Made by a program: the position numbers and the translations under genes
Assembly: GCA_964610645.1 (NCBI GenBank)
Contig: CAZSZE010000005.1
Location: 33,282-97,281, forward strand
Direction: 5' to 3'
Source: an uncultured Enterobacterales bacterium
Lineage (GTDB): Bacteria > Myxococcota_A > UBA796 > CAJQPC01
DNA: 64,000 nt
The notes under the pieces: model-generated
Database searches by the model: none
What the model was told of the DNA's origin: nothing
The model's input: only the letters and a program-made list of their open reading frames with translations
Shown: positions 49,125 to 58,357 of the stretch, one piece after another
Layout of the letters: each line of letters begins with the position of its first letter
Numbering within the stretch: position 1 is the first letter of the stretch

Positions 49125-50171
49125 TCATGCAAGGGCTCCCCCGCAGCTGGATCCGCTGCCTGCTGTGCAGCCCAAGCAGTGCCCATCGGTTGAAATTGGG
49201 GCGTCCAAGAGGGCGTCGAGGCTCTCCAGGTCAAAAAGCGTGGCTTGCTTCTGGCTGCCTCCGCCCAGGTCCATTTCCAACATCTGGTTGAAGTCACAGT
49301 CATGGAGCACGCCATCCCAACCCACGCTCACGGTGCTCTTGCACATGAGCCCGGGCAAGGTGGCCGGATTGAAGTTGTCCTCCAACAGGTCCAAGTAGCC
49401 GCCGAGTTCCCCCCGCCGGGCAAGGTGGGTCGCAAAACGCTGGACCGGAAGGTTCGTGAGGGTGAGCAAGCGACTGAACCGAAGGCCATGGTTCTCCCAC
49501 AGCTCGGCGCGGTACTGCTGCTCCAGGGCGGATTGGGCCGGGGGAAGGAACGCGCCACCCGGATTGTAGACGAGGTCCAACACCAGGTTCGAGTCCTCCT
49601 GCCCATAACCAAGCGAGTTGAGGCGCCTGATGGCTTGAATGCTCTTGGCGAACACGCCGCTTCCGCGCTGCGAGTCCACGTTCTCCTCTCCATAGCAGGG
49701 AAGGCTGGCCGTGATTCGCACCTGGTTGCGGGCCAGAAAGTCCGGCAGATCCTCCATCCCGGGCTCAAAAAGGACGGTCAGGTTGCACCGGTCAATGACT
49801 GCACGTCCAAGCGCACGTGTTCCCTCCACCAGGGATCGAAAATTGGGATTCAACTCCGGCGCCCCCCCGGTGAGGTCCGCCACCTCCACGGACGGCGAGG
49901 CCGCGAGGAGTGCGAGGACACGATCCGCCACGCGCCGATCCATCTGTTCGGTTCTTGTGGGGCCCGCCTCCACGTGGCAGTGGGTACACGCCTGGTTGCA
50001 CAACTTCCCAAGGTTGACCTGGAGCGTGGTCACCGGCGTGCGGCGAAGAGGAGCAAGACCGCGAGCGCGAAGCACTCCGTCAAAGTCCCTGAGGGAGACC
50101 TCTGCATGGGCCGCTCGGGCTCTCACAGCGTTGACCGTCACCGCTCCGTCTTCTCCCATTCGTCCTCCCAT
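49125..50171 (-). CDS. radical SAM/Cys-rich-domain protein of the ArsS family (Cys variant)
   Basis: CX3CX2C motif in NLGKLCNQACTHCHVEAGP. The C-terminal tail HCLGCTAGSGSSCGGALA matches the family in which some members carry Sec at the SS[C/U]G position. Confidence 0.75.
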   Translation of the reverse strand: MGGRMGEDGAVTVNAVRARAAHAEVSLRDFDGVLRARGLAPLRRTPVTTLQVNLGKLCNQACTHCHVEAGPTRTEQMDRRVADRVLALLAASPSVEVADLTGGAPELNPNFRSLVEGTRALGRAVIDRCNLTVLFEPGMEDLPDFLARNQVRITASLPCYGEENVDSQRGSGVFAKSIQAIRRLNSLGYGQEDSNLVLDLVYNPGGAFLPPAQSALEQQYRAELWENHGLRFSRLLTLTNLPVQRFATHLARRGELGGYLDLLEDNFNPATLPGLMCKSTVSVGWDGVLHDCDFNQMLEMDLGGGSQKQATLFDLESLDALLDAPISTDGHCLGCTAGSGSSCGGALA

Positions 50172-50207
50172 GCTGCCCTATTGCTCCAACAACCGCTCCA
50201 CAAGAAG

Positions 50208-51605
50208 CTACGGATCGCCTTGCTCGGAAGCTGCCCACCCTGATCCCCAGCCCGACTCCCCACAGGTCGTCTCCGCCAGGGACGCGCTGGCCTCGGCCAC
50301 GACCACGGGCTCCAGGGACCGCTGCGGATCGATTCCGGTCGCGAGAATGGGCCCGAGGTGCTGGAAACCCCGGTGCAGGAGAATGCCGTTGGAGAGGTAG
50401 CGACCGGCGAGGTCCCCCACCATCCCCAACATGCCGCTCTCCCTTGTGGGGTCCCACCAGCGGAAGGTCACCTGGGCCCGGACTTGGCCCTCCTTCAGGG
50501 ATTGGGGCATTGAGAAGCGCAGGAGCCGGGGCTCCCGGGACACCAGCGCCGTGCTTTCCAGGATGGATACCGCCATGGTGGGGTCGACGGTGGGTTGTCC
50601 CTTGGAGTCGCCGTAGGTCTTCCCGAAGGACCTGGACTCGGACCACGTGACCCGGCCCTGGGAATCCTCCGCCTGGAGGTCCAAGTGAACCACCGGCGCC
50701 GTGGCGTTTCCCGTTGGAAAGTCATGGCCGGCCCCGGTGTTCTCCAAACGAACCCGCAGCTCCGGTGCCCCGTCCACTGTGCAGACGCTTAGTTGCAGGT
50801 CCAACACGGAGGCCAACATCCCGGCGTCCTGCCCGCCTGGAAAGTCGTGGCGATGCAGACTCTCGCGCACCGGCGCCCCCGGTGCGGCACTCCCTGTGTA
50901 GGTGGGCATGTGGCAGTCCTGGCAGCGCCGCCCCTCCTCGGCGTGGGGGCTCTGCTGCCATTCATCGAAGGTCCCATCAATCGCCAGCCCGTTGCTTGGC
51001 CATTCGCCCCAGTGACAGCTGGAACACAACGAGGAGCTGCTGACGAGGTCCGAGCGGGCCGTCTCGTGGAAGGAGGAGACTGCCTCCGGTTCTCCCTCAT
51101 CCAGGGTGCCGAGCACGGGCCCGCGCCGCGGGCCCGTCGGGTCCCACTTGAGGCCCCCGGGGGTGGGCGCCTTGTCCACATGCACGGCGGTGTGGCATAC
51201 GTCGCAGGTGACGCCCTCCCGGCTGGAATCCAGGGCGAGGTCCAGGTCCAACTGGGGACCCATTGTGGCGAGGGGGGCGTGGCACTGCAGGCAGATCTGC
51301 ACATCGTCCACCGGGGCGCCTCGCAGGTCTTGCCCCAGCCGAAACAGGTTCAGCAGGAACTCCGGTCTCTGGGCGGATCGGGCCATGGCGGATCGCTTCC
51401 ACTCCTCGTAGTGCTGCGTGTGACAAGCCCCGCACACGGCGGCCGCTTGAAACTGGTCACGGTCCGTGGCCAGGTTTGCCCCCTTGTTCGGGTAGTTCAA
51501 CTCGGCGCTCCAATCCTCCCGCTGACCGCCCAGCCCCGCGCCGGCCGCGACAAGTGCCGCGCCAAGGGCACACACTGCCACTCCGAGGGCCAGAGACGGG
51601 CGCAC
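50208..51605 (-). CDS. pentaheme c-type cytochrome (secreted)
   Basis: Signal-like N-terminus and five CxxCH motifs: CGACH, CLQCH, CDVCH, CSSCH, CQDCH. Confidence 0.85.
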   Translation of the reverse strand: MRPSLALGVAVCALGAALVAAGAGLGGQREDWSAELNYPNKGANLATDRDQFQAAAVCGACHTQHYEEWKRSAMARSAQRPEFLLNLFRLGQDLRGAPVDDVQICLQCHAPLATMGPQLDLDLALDSSREGVTCDVCHTAVHVDKAPTPGGLKWDPTGPRRGPVLGTLDEGEPEAVSSFHETARSDLVSSSSLCSSCHWGEWPSNGLAIDGTFDEWQQSPHAEEGRRCQDCHMPTYTGSAAPGAPVRESLHRHDFPGGQDAGMLASVLDLQLSVCTVDGAPELRVRLENTGAGHDFPTGNATAPVVHLDLQAEDSQGRVTWSESRSFGKTYGDSKGQPTVDPTMAVSILESTALVSREPRLLRFSMPQSLKEGQVRAQVTFRWWDPTRESGMLGMVGDLAGRYLSNGILLHRGFQHLGPILATGIDPQRSLEPVVVAEASASLAETTCGESGWGSGWAASEQGDP

Positions 51606-51626
51606 GTTCGGGGTCGCCCCGGGGCC

Positions 51627-52163
51627 CTAGGAGCCCGACGAAACAACGGCGAAATCCCCGCCGTTGAAGAGCTTGGAGAAGGCGGTGCAGTGGATCACGA
51701 CGCTCTTTGCCTTGGCAAATTCATCGGGGACGGAGAACCAGAGGGAGTCACCGGCGAACCCGAGGTTGCTGGGACGGAGGTTGTTCGCCGTAAGCTGGAG
51801 CGAGCGCTGCGTGTCCTCGATGCGATCGTTGTCTTCCTCCAGATCATGAAGGGAGTCCATGCTGAGGTAGAAGTAGAGGTCAGGGGCTTCCACGGTGGAC
51901 CAGTTGGTCACGTGGAGAAACGTACCTTGTTCGCTGGAGACCAGGTCAACACCCCCCTTCATGTCCTTCCCCTTGTGGATGGCCGCCAGCTCCGCGGTCG
52001 CCAGGATCTCCAGCGTGCCGCCCGGCGCCTGTGCCAGCAGATGTGGCTCCTCCGACGGAGGCTGCTTGTCCTGCTTGGCGAACTTCATGGTGTGGTAGGC
52101 ATGGCAGCCGGTGGTGGAACAACCAGCGATGGCGAGGGCAACAACGAGGGTGAGCTTCTGCAT
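51627..52163 (-). CDS. DM13-domain lipoprotein (putative)
   Basis: Trimmed to MQKLTLVVALAIAGC (lipobox). The body (GTFLHVTNWSTVEAPDLYFYL, SVVIHCTAFSKLFNGGDF) resembles the DM13 pattern. Confidence 0.55.
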   Translation of the reverse strand: MQKLTLVVALAIAGCSTTGCHAYHTMKFAKQDKQPPSEEPHLLAQAPGGTLEILATAELAAIHKGKDMKGGVDLVSSEQGTFLHVTNWSTVEAPDLYFYLSMDSLHDLEEDNDRIEDTQRSLQLTANNLRPSNLGFAGDSLWFSVPDEFAKAKSVVIHCTAFSKLFNGGDFAVVSSGS

Positions 52164-52226
52164 GTGGGACTCCGGGGAGCGTGTGGGGTTCTTACTTGAG
52201 TCCAAGACGGGCCAGCGCTACCGGCG

Positions 52227-53060
52227 TTACCACCAGGTGGAAAGCCCCAGGGCAGCGCCCCGGTCGTCCTTGGGCCCGTTCTCCACGGCGAGTAGCTGCC
52301 AGCCAGACAATTGCACCCCGACCCGTGCGTTGTGCAGGCCGATGCGGGGCGCCACCACCTGGTAGTCGTTCTCCATGACGGCAAAACGGTGTGGATCCTC
52401 AATGAAAAACGTCCGTGCTGGTGGCGGTGTCGAACGCCAGGCCGCCCAGGCTGTCGTAGCGGCTCCAGGACAAGCCAACCTCCACGGGGCCACGCCGCGC
52501 GGACGCTTGAAGTTCAACTTCCCAAGCCGGTGGGGGAGGTCCCAGACCCGCCTCAAGTCGGGCCCCCGCCATGCCACGCATTTGTACGCCTCCCAAACCC
52601 CAAGCCGCCCCACCGGAAGCAAAGGCGCCCAGGTCGTTGTTCCCATCTCCGGGTGCCGCCAGGTCGTCCAGGCCATGGCGGTACCCCGCCGCATTCGTCG
52701 CCTCCAGGCCGATGGTTCCCACCGCGCGGCCTTCCTCCCGAACAGCCCGCACCCACGCGGAAATGTCCCCTGCACCCACAACGTCATCGCACATGCCACC
52801 CCAGTCGCAGATGGAGGCACTCTCAATGTTCGCAATGGAGTAGACCAGGGGAAGGCGCCCCCCGACCACCAGTCCCTTGCCGACGCCAACCTCTCCCGTG
52901 AGGTCCACAGCCCAGGTGGTGACGGAGGCCGGGAGCACGAAGGTCTTGGAATCGGCCCAGGTCTCCGTGGTGAAGCCGCTCCTGGAGAGGCCCGCGTAGG
53001 CCCAACCGTGCCCCTGGGATTGGCTCCAGGGACCGTTGACCGCCGCCTGTGCCGCTGCGA
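52227..53060 (-). pseudogene. outer-membrane beta-barrel-like gene with an apparent frameshift and no clean start
   Basis: The frame of ORF 52399..52938 (beta-strand-like, ...GLAFDTATSTDVFH) stops at 52399. The sequence continues sensibly in the frame of ORF 52227..53078 (FFIEDPHRFAVMENDYQ...GAALGLSTWW). The switch is at the A5 run, 52404-52408. Upstream, the good frame runs into a TGA with no start codon. Confidence 0.4.
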
Positions 53061-53170
53061 GCGTCCAAGAATCACCACAAGTCCCTCCTGTCTCCTCTCT
53101 TCAGAGACCCTTGGGCCGCCGCGCCGTTACAGCGCTGCAGCCGCAGATCCTGGCCAGGGCGGGCCCAGTT

Positions 53171-53794
53171 CTAGTTGTTCTCCCGCCCATCCAACGCCGC
53201 AAGCGCAGCGATGGCAGCCTGGCTGGCCTGGGCGATCTCTTCTTCCGAACCCCCGAGGTACACGCGGCCAAAAGCGCCAAAAGCAAGGAACTCCAGCACA
53301 TCGATGTTGGCGGCCTTCTCTGCCTCGTTCGTGGCCAACAGAGCGTAGCCCGCCGGGTGGGTTTCCAGGACGTAGAGCGTGGTGTTTTCCAGCAGGAAAT
53401 TGCCGTGGCGGAACCGGTTCACAATCTGCGACTGGTACCCCTCCACCCCGGTGATCGTCTCCTCGGACACCACCCGCGGCTTCAAGCGGTCTTGCTCCGA
53501 GAACCCAAGCACCGTCTGAATGGCCTCCCCGGCAGCCCGCACCTGTCCCTGGTCAAAGTGGTGAATCTCCAGGACCCCCGTGCGCCGCTCCACCACCTGG
53601 AGCCCCGGGGTGCACGAGGTGGTCTTGAGCACGAGGTCCGTGACCCGGTTGATGTCCATGCCCGGACTCACCTCGACAAACAGGCTCGCCTGGCCTTCCA
53701 GGGGCAGGTAGCCCATGGAGATGGTGCCCAAAAAGCCCGCGGTCTGGGGCTGGAGGATGTCGATGTAGGTGTAGGTCCTGACGTCGATGGCCAT
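53171..53794 (-). CDS. tandem BMC-domain-like protein (putative)
   Basis: There are two internal halves with the same pattern (SLFVEVSPGMDINRVTDLVLKTT...GVLEIHHFDQGQVRAAGEAI and LYVLETHPAGYALLATNEAEKAANIDVLEF..FGRVYLGGSEEEIAQASQAAI). This resembles the microcompartment shell BMC fold. The call is by eye only. Confidence 0.3.
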   Translation of the reverse strand: MAIDVRTYTYIDILQPQTAGFLGTISMGYLPLEGQASLFVEVSPGMDINRVTDLVLKTTSCTPGLQVVERRTGVLEIHHFDQGQVRAAGEAIQTVLGFSEQDRLKPRVVSEETITGVEGYQSQIVNRFRHGNFLLENTTLYVLETHPAGYALLATNEAEKAANIDVLEFLAFGAFGRVYLGGSEEEIAQASQAAIAALAALDGRENN

Positions 53795-53871
53795 GGAGGC
53801 TCCCGCTGGAGGAGTTTCGTAGCGGGGCGGGAGGGGCCGGTCAAGCAGGGGAGTGTTACCCGCCGTGAACC

Positions 53872-54606
53872 ATGTGGAACCTGTGCATCGCCCTGGGCAT
53901 TTCCTCGGCCTCCTTTGCCATCGGCGGTGTCTTCGGACACTGGATGCAGGGAATTGTGCCCGCCATGCTGGTGTTTCCGCTGGCCTATGTGCTCCTGGCG
54001 CGGCGCACTGGACGCAAGGTCGAGGCCATCATGACCCAGGCCATGAAAGAGCTGCAATCCGGGCGGGCCGAAGGCTGCAAGCGGGTGCTGGAATCGGCCC
54101 TGGTCTACGGGCGCTGGCAGTTCATGCTGGAGCAGCAGGTGCGCACCCAGATGGGCGCGGTCGAGTACATGCAGCGCAACTACAAGTCTGCCCGCCCCTT
54201 GCTGGAGCAGGCCTGGAAGCGCAACTGGCAGGCCATGGGCATGCTCTCGGCCATCGACCTGCGCGATGGCCGCAAGGACCAGGCGGTCGCCCGCCTCGCG
54301 GACTGCCACAAGTACGGCAAGAAAGATGCAGTCATGTGGGGCCTCTATGCCTATGCCTGCACCCAGAGTGGCGACATCGACCGGGCGCTCCGGGTCACGA
54401 ATGACGGGCTGAAGACCCTTCCGGACTCCAGGCCCTTGAAGGACCTGAAGAAGGCCCTGGCCAACGGGAAGGTCAAGAAGTTCAAGTGGGGACGGGCCTT
54501 CGGTCAGTCCTGGCTGCAGTTCTTCCCGGAGCAGGTGTCCAACAAGCAGATGCAGCAAGGGGGACTGCCCCGAAGCAGCCAGCGCGTGCCACGGAAGATG
54601 CGCTAA
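53872..54606 (+). CDS. membrane-anchored TPR-like repeat protein
   Basis: Two N-terminal TM helices, then helical repeats (AVEYMQRNYKSARPLLEQAW, WGLYAYACTQSGDIDRALRV). Confidence 0.5.
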   Translation: MWNLCIALGISSASFAIGGVFGHWMQGIVPAMLVFPLAYVLLARRTGRKVEAIMTQAMKELQSGRAEGCKRVLESALVYGRWQFMLEQQVRTQMGAVEYMQRNYKSARPLLEQAWKRNWQAMGMLSAIDLRDGRKDQAVARLADCHKYGKKDAVMWGLYAYACTQSGDIDRALRVTNDGLKTLPDSRPLKDLKKALANGKVKKFKWGRAFGQSWLQFFPEQVSNKQMQQGGLPRSSQRVPRKMR

Positions 54607-56300
54607 GGCAACCCGCGACTCGCCCGGGCCCGGCGAACGGAAAAGTGCGTGGGAAAGCGCTGGCTGACATCTTCCAGCAGGGACAGTGCATCGTCCGGCC
54701 GGCCCGCCCGCTCATACGCTTCAATGGCCACCATCAACACCCCGACATCGTGGTCGTGGCGCTGGGCAAGAAGGGCGATCTGCTCCAGCTCCATGCCGAC
54801 CCCATAGTCCCGGTACAGATCCAACCAGGCGGTGGCAACCTCCTCCTGGTGCACCCCGGCCACCACCCAGGCGGTCTCATAGGCCTTCGCTGCCTCCAGG
54901 GGTTCCCCCGCGTTGGCTGCCTCGCGCCCAAGAGCCCCCAGGGCCCGCCAGTTGCGCGGCGTGCTGACGGCGGCAATCCTCGCCTTGAGCAGGGAAGGGG
55001 GTTCTTCCAGGTGGATGGCATCGAAGAGCCGATCCGCCAGGCGCCGGTAGCGCTCGGACCAGGGAGCAGGAGTGGTCAGGTGAAACCGGTGCAGGGTGGG
55101 TCCCCGCAGCACCAACAGGGCCTCCATGACCTGGTCCTTTCCTCCGATGACAAACCCGATGCGCATTCGGGTCGCTGTCCGCCCGTTCACTGTCTGCTCC
55201 TCCCGGAAGAGCACCTGCGGCTCGGAACCGCCCGCATCAATCAACTCCAGCAGCACGCGCTCCGCATCCTTCACCCGCAGAGGGTGGTCGTGGATGCCCG
55301 TGTGGTGGACCCAGGTGGCCCGCCGCGTGCGAGAGGCCCAACCCCGGTCGCCGGTAAAGGTCCACTCCTCGTCCCAGGACCGCGGCCGCATGGAAGTGGC
55401 ACCCCGCTCGGACTCCTCGCGCAGACCGATCAAGGCCGGGCCCCGCCAGGAAACCCAGGCCAGTGACAACACCACAAACAGCAATCCCCGCCGCCTCCAG
55501 CGCGAGTTGGCTCCGGCATGCCGAACCCAGGCCTCCGGCTCCAGCACACTCCCCATGAACCAGCCCCCCACCAGCCCCCCCAAATGCCCCCAGTTGTCCA
55601 CGGAGGGTGCGTTGATTCCCAGGCCCAGGGACACGACGACATAGGGAAGGACCGCCCAGCCAAAGAGCCGCCGGGAACGGGGGGGAATCAGGGTCTCGTG
55701 TTTCCACCCAAAGACCACCGCAGCCGCCAGGAGCCCGAAATCTCCCCCTGAGGACCCGAGGCTCGGTCGGCCCGGCGTCATCAACATGGAGGCGAGCCCC
55801 CCGCAGTAGATGGACACCAGGAAAATGCAGGCCAGGTTTCGGCGCCCCAGGCCCCGCTCCAGGTTCCACCCGGCCCAGGCCAGGAACAGGAGGTTCAACA
55901 GCAGGTGCGAGAGATCCACCTGCAGCAGGCCGTAGGAAAGGAGCCGGTGGACCTGCCCCTGCTCCAGAATGGCCGGCGCCCAGTTGGGGACGCTGTCCAG
56001 CAGAAAAGCAGCCCCGCCGGGTGTCTTTGCCAGCAAGTACAAGCGCATCTGGATGCCGATGAGGACCACGGTGACCAGGGGCACGCCCGCCCCCACCAGG
56101 GAGGCACGAAAGCTCTGAATTCCCGGATCTGCAAGGGATTCATACAGCTCCAGGCTGCCGGCGGGAACAAACTCCTCGCCGGTCACCACATCAATGCGAA
56201 TCTCCATGTCGGGAGGGACCCCGCCATCGCGTACCCGCTCCTCGAACTCCTCCATTGAAATCCGCTCAATGGTGTTCTCCACTCGGATCTCAACGCTCAA
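54603..56300 (-). CDS. rhomboid-family intramembrane serine protease with a C-terminal TPR-like domain
   Basis: HLLLNLLFLAWAGWNLERGLG, a GSSGG catalytic-Ser motif, and WGHLGGLVGG (catalytic His). Confidence 0.8.
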   Translation of the reverse strand: MSVEIRVENTIERISMEEFEERVRDGGVPPDMEIRIDVVTGEEFVPAGSLELYESLADPGIQSFRASLVGAGVPLVTVVLIGIQMRLYLLAKTPGGAAFLLDSVPNWAPAILEQGQVHRLLSYGLLQVDLSHLLLNLLFLAWAGWNLERGLGRRNLACIFLVSIYCGGLASMLMTPGRPSLGSSGGDFGLLAAAVVFGWKHETLIPPRSRRLFGWAVLPYVVVSLGLGINAPSVDNWGHLGGLVGGWFMGSVLEPEAWVRHAGANSRWRRRGLLFVVLSLAWVSWRGPALIGLREESERGATSMRPRSWDEEWTFTGDRGWASRTRRATWVHHTGIHDHPLRVKDAERVLLELIDAGGSEPQVLFREEQTVNGRTATRMRIGFVIGGKDQVMEALLVLRGPTLHRFHLTTPAPWSERYRRLADRLFDAIHLEEPPSLLKARIAAVSTPRNWRALGALGREAANAGEPLEAAKAYETAWVVAGVHQEEVATAWLDLYRDYGVGMELEQIALLAQRHDHDVGVLMVAIEAYERAGRPDDALSLLEDVSQRFPTHFSVRRARASRGLP

Positions 56301-56341
56301 TCGCGGTGCCCGCTGCGCATGGCGTCATTCTATCGTGGCGA

Positions 56342-57352
56342 TCAGGCGCCCAGCCGATCCAGGCTCCAGGTGATGGCCTCCTCCACTGGTTCGCCGTGTT
56401 TCCCCGCTCCAGAACGCAGCACCTCGATGGCCTCGGGCTTGCCCAGGTTGCCGAGAACCAGCGCCGCATTTCTCCTGAGACCGGGCACGCCGGGTCGCCG
56501 AAGGGGCGTGCCAAGAAACCGGGCATCGATCTCCTCGGCATCCGCCAGCAGCAGCCAGTCCAGGGGCAGCCAGGCGTTGCGCGGCAGGAGGTCGTCCTCC
56601 TCGGGATCGATCGCGGCGGCGTTGTGGGGACAGACTTCCTGGCACACGTCGCATCCAAAGACCCAGCGGCCCAGCCCGGCCCGCATCTCCACGGGAATGG
56701 CACCCCGACACTCGATGGTCCAATACGAAATGCATCGCCGGGCATCCAGGTTGTGAGGCCCTTGAAACGCATCCGTGGGACAAGCCACAAGGCACCGGGT
56801 GCAGGCCCCGCAGTGGTCTCCCAGGGGAACATCAGGCTCGAGATCCAGGTCCAGGAAGAGGACCCCGAGAAAGAGCCAGCTGGTGGTCGCGGGAACGATC
56901 TGCACGCAGTTCTTGCCGGAAAACCCCAGCCCAGCCCGCTCTGCCCAGGCCCGCTCCAGAATCGGTGCCGTGTCCACCCCGCCCCAACACCCGATTCCCT
57001 CCTGGCGAAGATGTTTTGCCAGGCGCTTCAATCGCTTGCCCACCAGGTTGTGGTAGTCCCGTCCCCAGGCATAGCGGGCCACCTTTCCCGTCAGGCCGCC
57101 GGGGTCGGGGGGCGCAGCATGGTGGTGGTCGACGCCGAGCACCAGCACTGTTCGGGCATCGGAGAGGCGACAGGCTGGATCCGCCCGCACATCCCGGCCC
57201 CGGGGCAGGTAGGACATCTCGCCGTGGTGGCCGGCGGACAACCAGGCATCGTAAGCGCCAAGGCGCGGGACATCGGGACCAAGCGCTGCCACGCGGACAT
57301 GGGAGAATCCGTGCCCATGGGCCCACTTCTGTACCTGGGATCGCGGGTGCAT
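56342..57352 (-). CDS. queG: epoxyqueuosine reductase
   Basis: HGEMSYL, CGACTRCLVACPTDAF, CISYWTIE, CDVCQEVCPHN. Confidence 0.85.
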   Translation of the reverse strand: MHPRSQVQKWAHGHGFSHVRVAALGPDVPRLGAYDAWLSAGHHGEMSYLPRGRDVRADPACRLSDARTVLVLGVDHHHAAPPDPGGLTGKVARYAWGRDYHNLVGKRLKRLAKHLRQEGIGCWGGVDTAPILERAWAERAGLGFSGKNCVQIVPATTSWLFLGVLFLDLDLEPDVPLGDHCGACTRCLVACPTDAFQGPHNLDARRCISYWTIECRGAIPVEMRAGLGRWVFGCDVCQEVCPHNAAAIDPEEDDLLPRNAWLPLDWLLLADAEEIDARFLGTPLRRPGVPGLRRNAALVLGNLGKPEAIEVLRSGAGKHGEPVEEAITWSLDRLGA

Positions 57353-57409
57353 GGCAAGAGTATAGGGGCCGGTTATTCAACGGACTCCTTGGTCGAGGAG
57401 TCCGTCCCA

Positions 57410-58354
57410 GTGAGCACCCCCGAAAATCCGGAAAAGGTCGTCATCTTTGGTTCGGGGCCTGCGGGCCTCACCGCCGCCATCTACGCGGCGCGAGCGGACC
57501 TGGAACCCCTGGTCTACGAGGGAATGCAACCCGGTGGGCAGCTCACCACCACCACGGATGTGGAGAACTACCCGGGGTTTGCCGACGGGGTCACGGGGCC
57601 TGATCTCATGGACGTCTTCAAGTCCCAGGCGGCGCGGTTCGGGACCCGGTTTTCCATGGACACCGTCGAGGACATCGACCTTTCCAGCTGGCCCTACCAC
57701 TACCGATGTTCCGCGGAGGAGGGCTGGGCCCAGTCCGTGATCATCGCAACCGGCGCTTCGGCCCGGTACCTGGGCCTGGAGAACGAGACGCGCCTCCGGG
57801 GCTATGGAGTCAGCGCCTGCGCCACCTGCGACGCCTTCTTCTACCGAGACAAGGTGGTGGCCGTGGTGGGGGGCGGAGACTCCGCAGCGGAAGAAGCCAG
57901 TTTTCTCACCAAGTTCGCCAGCCACGTGTACCTGCTTGTGCGGCGGGACGAGATGCGGGCCTCCAAGATCATGCAGCAGCGGGTCTTCGACAACGAGAAG
58001 ATCGAGGTTCTCTGGAGCTCCGGGGTGATCGATGTCCTGGGGGACAACGTTGTCACGGGCATTCGCGTTGGAAACAACCAGTCCGGGGAGGAGAAGGACC
58101 TCGATGTGGACGGGCTCTTCCTGGCCATTGGCCACACCCCCAATGCAGGCCCCTTTGCAAAGTGGCTCGAGCACGACGAGACCGGCTACCTGCGCACCAA
58201 GCCGGACAGCACCCAGACCAACATCGAGGGGGTCTTTGCTTGCGGTGATGTGCAGGACAACGTGTACCGCCAGGCCATCACCGCAGCGGGTACCGGCTGC
58301 ATGGCGGCCCTGGAAGCCGAGCGGTGGCTCGAAGAACGCTCCCACGCCAGTTGA
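57410..58354 (+). CDS. trxB: thioredoxin-disulfide reductase
   Basis: This is the 3' third of track ORF 56255..58354. Start is the GTG at 57410, or the TTG at 57389. Motifs: VVIFGSGPAGLTAAIYAAR, redox-active CATCD, VVGGGDSAAEEA. Confidence 0.9.
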   Translation: MSTPENPEKVVIFGSGPAGLTAAIYAARADLEPLVYEGMQPGGQLTTTTDVENYPGFADGVTGPDLMDVFKSQAARFGTRFSMDTVEDIDLSSWPYHYRCSAEEGWAQSVIIATGASARYLGLENETRLRGYGVSACATCDAFFYRDKVVAVVGGGDSAAEEASFLTKFASHVYLLVRRDEMRASKIMQQRVFDNEKIEVLWSSGVIDVLGDNVVTGIRVGNNQSGEEKDLDVDGLFLAIGHTPNAGPFAKWLEHDETGYLRTKPDSTQTNIEGVFACGDVQDNVYRQAITAAGTGCMAALEAERWLEERSHAS

Positions 58355-58357
58355 GTT

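Noticed and set aside
52227-53078. The 283-aa ORF taken as an intact CDS.
   Set aside because: Only its last ~60 residues look protein-like. The first ~220 are Arg/Pro-rich, and a better beta-barrel-like frame (52399..52938) overlaps them. It is treated as one frameshifted gene instead.
56255-57376. The 5' two-thirds of the 699-aa plus-strand ORF 56255..58354, treated as part of one giant gene.
   Set aside because: This stretch is antisense to queG, which has unmistakable Fe-S and queG motifs. Only the part from about 57389/57410 onward is trxB.
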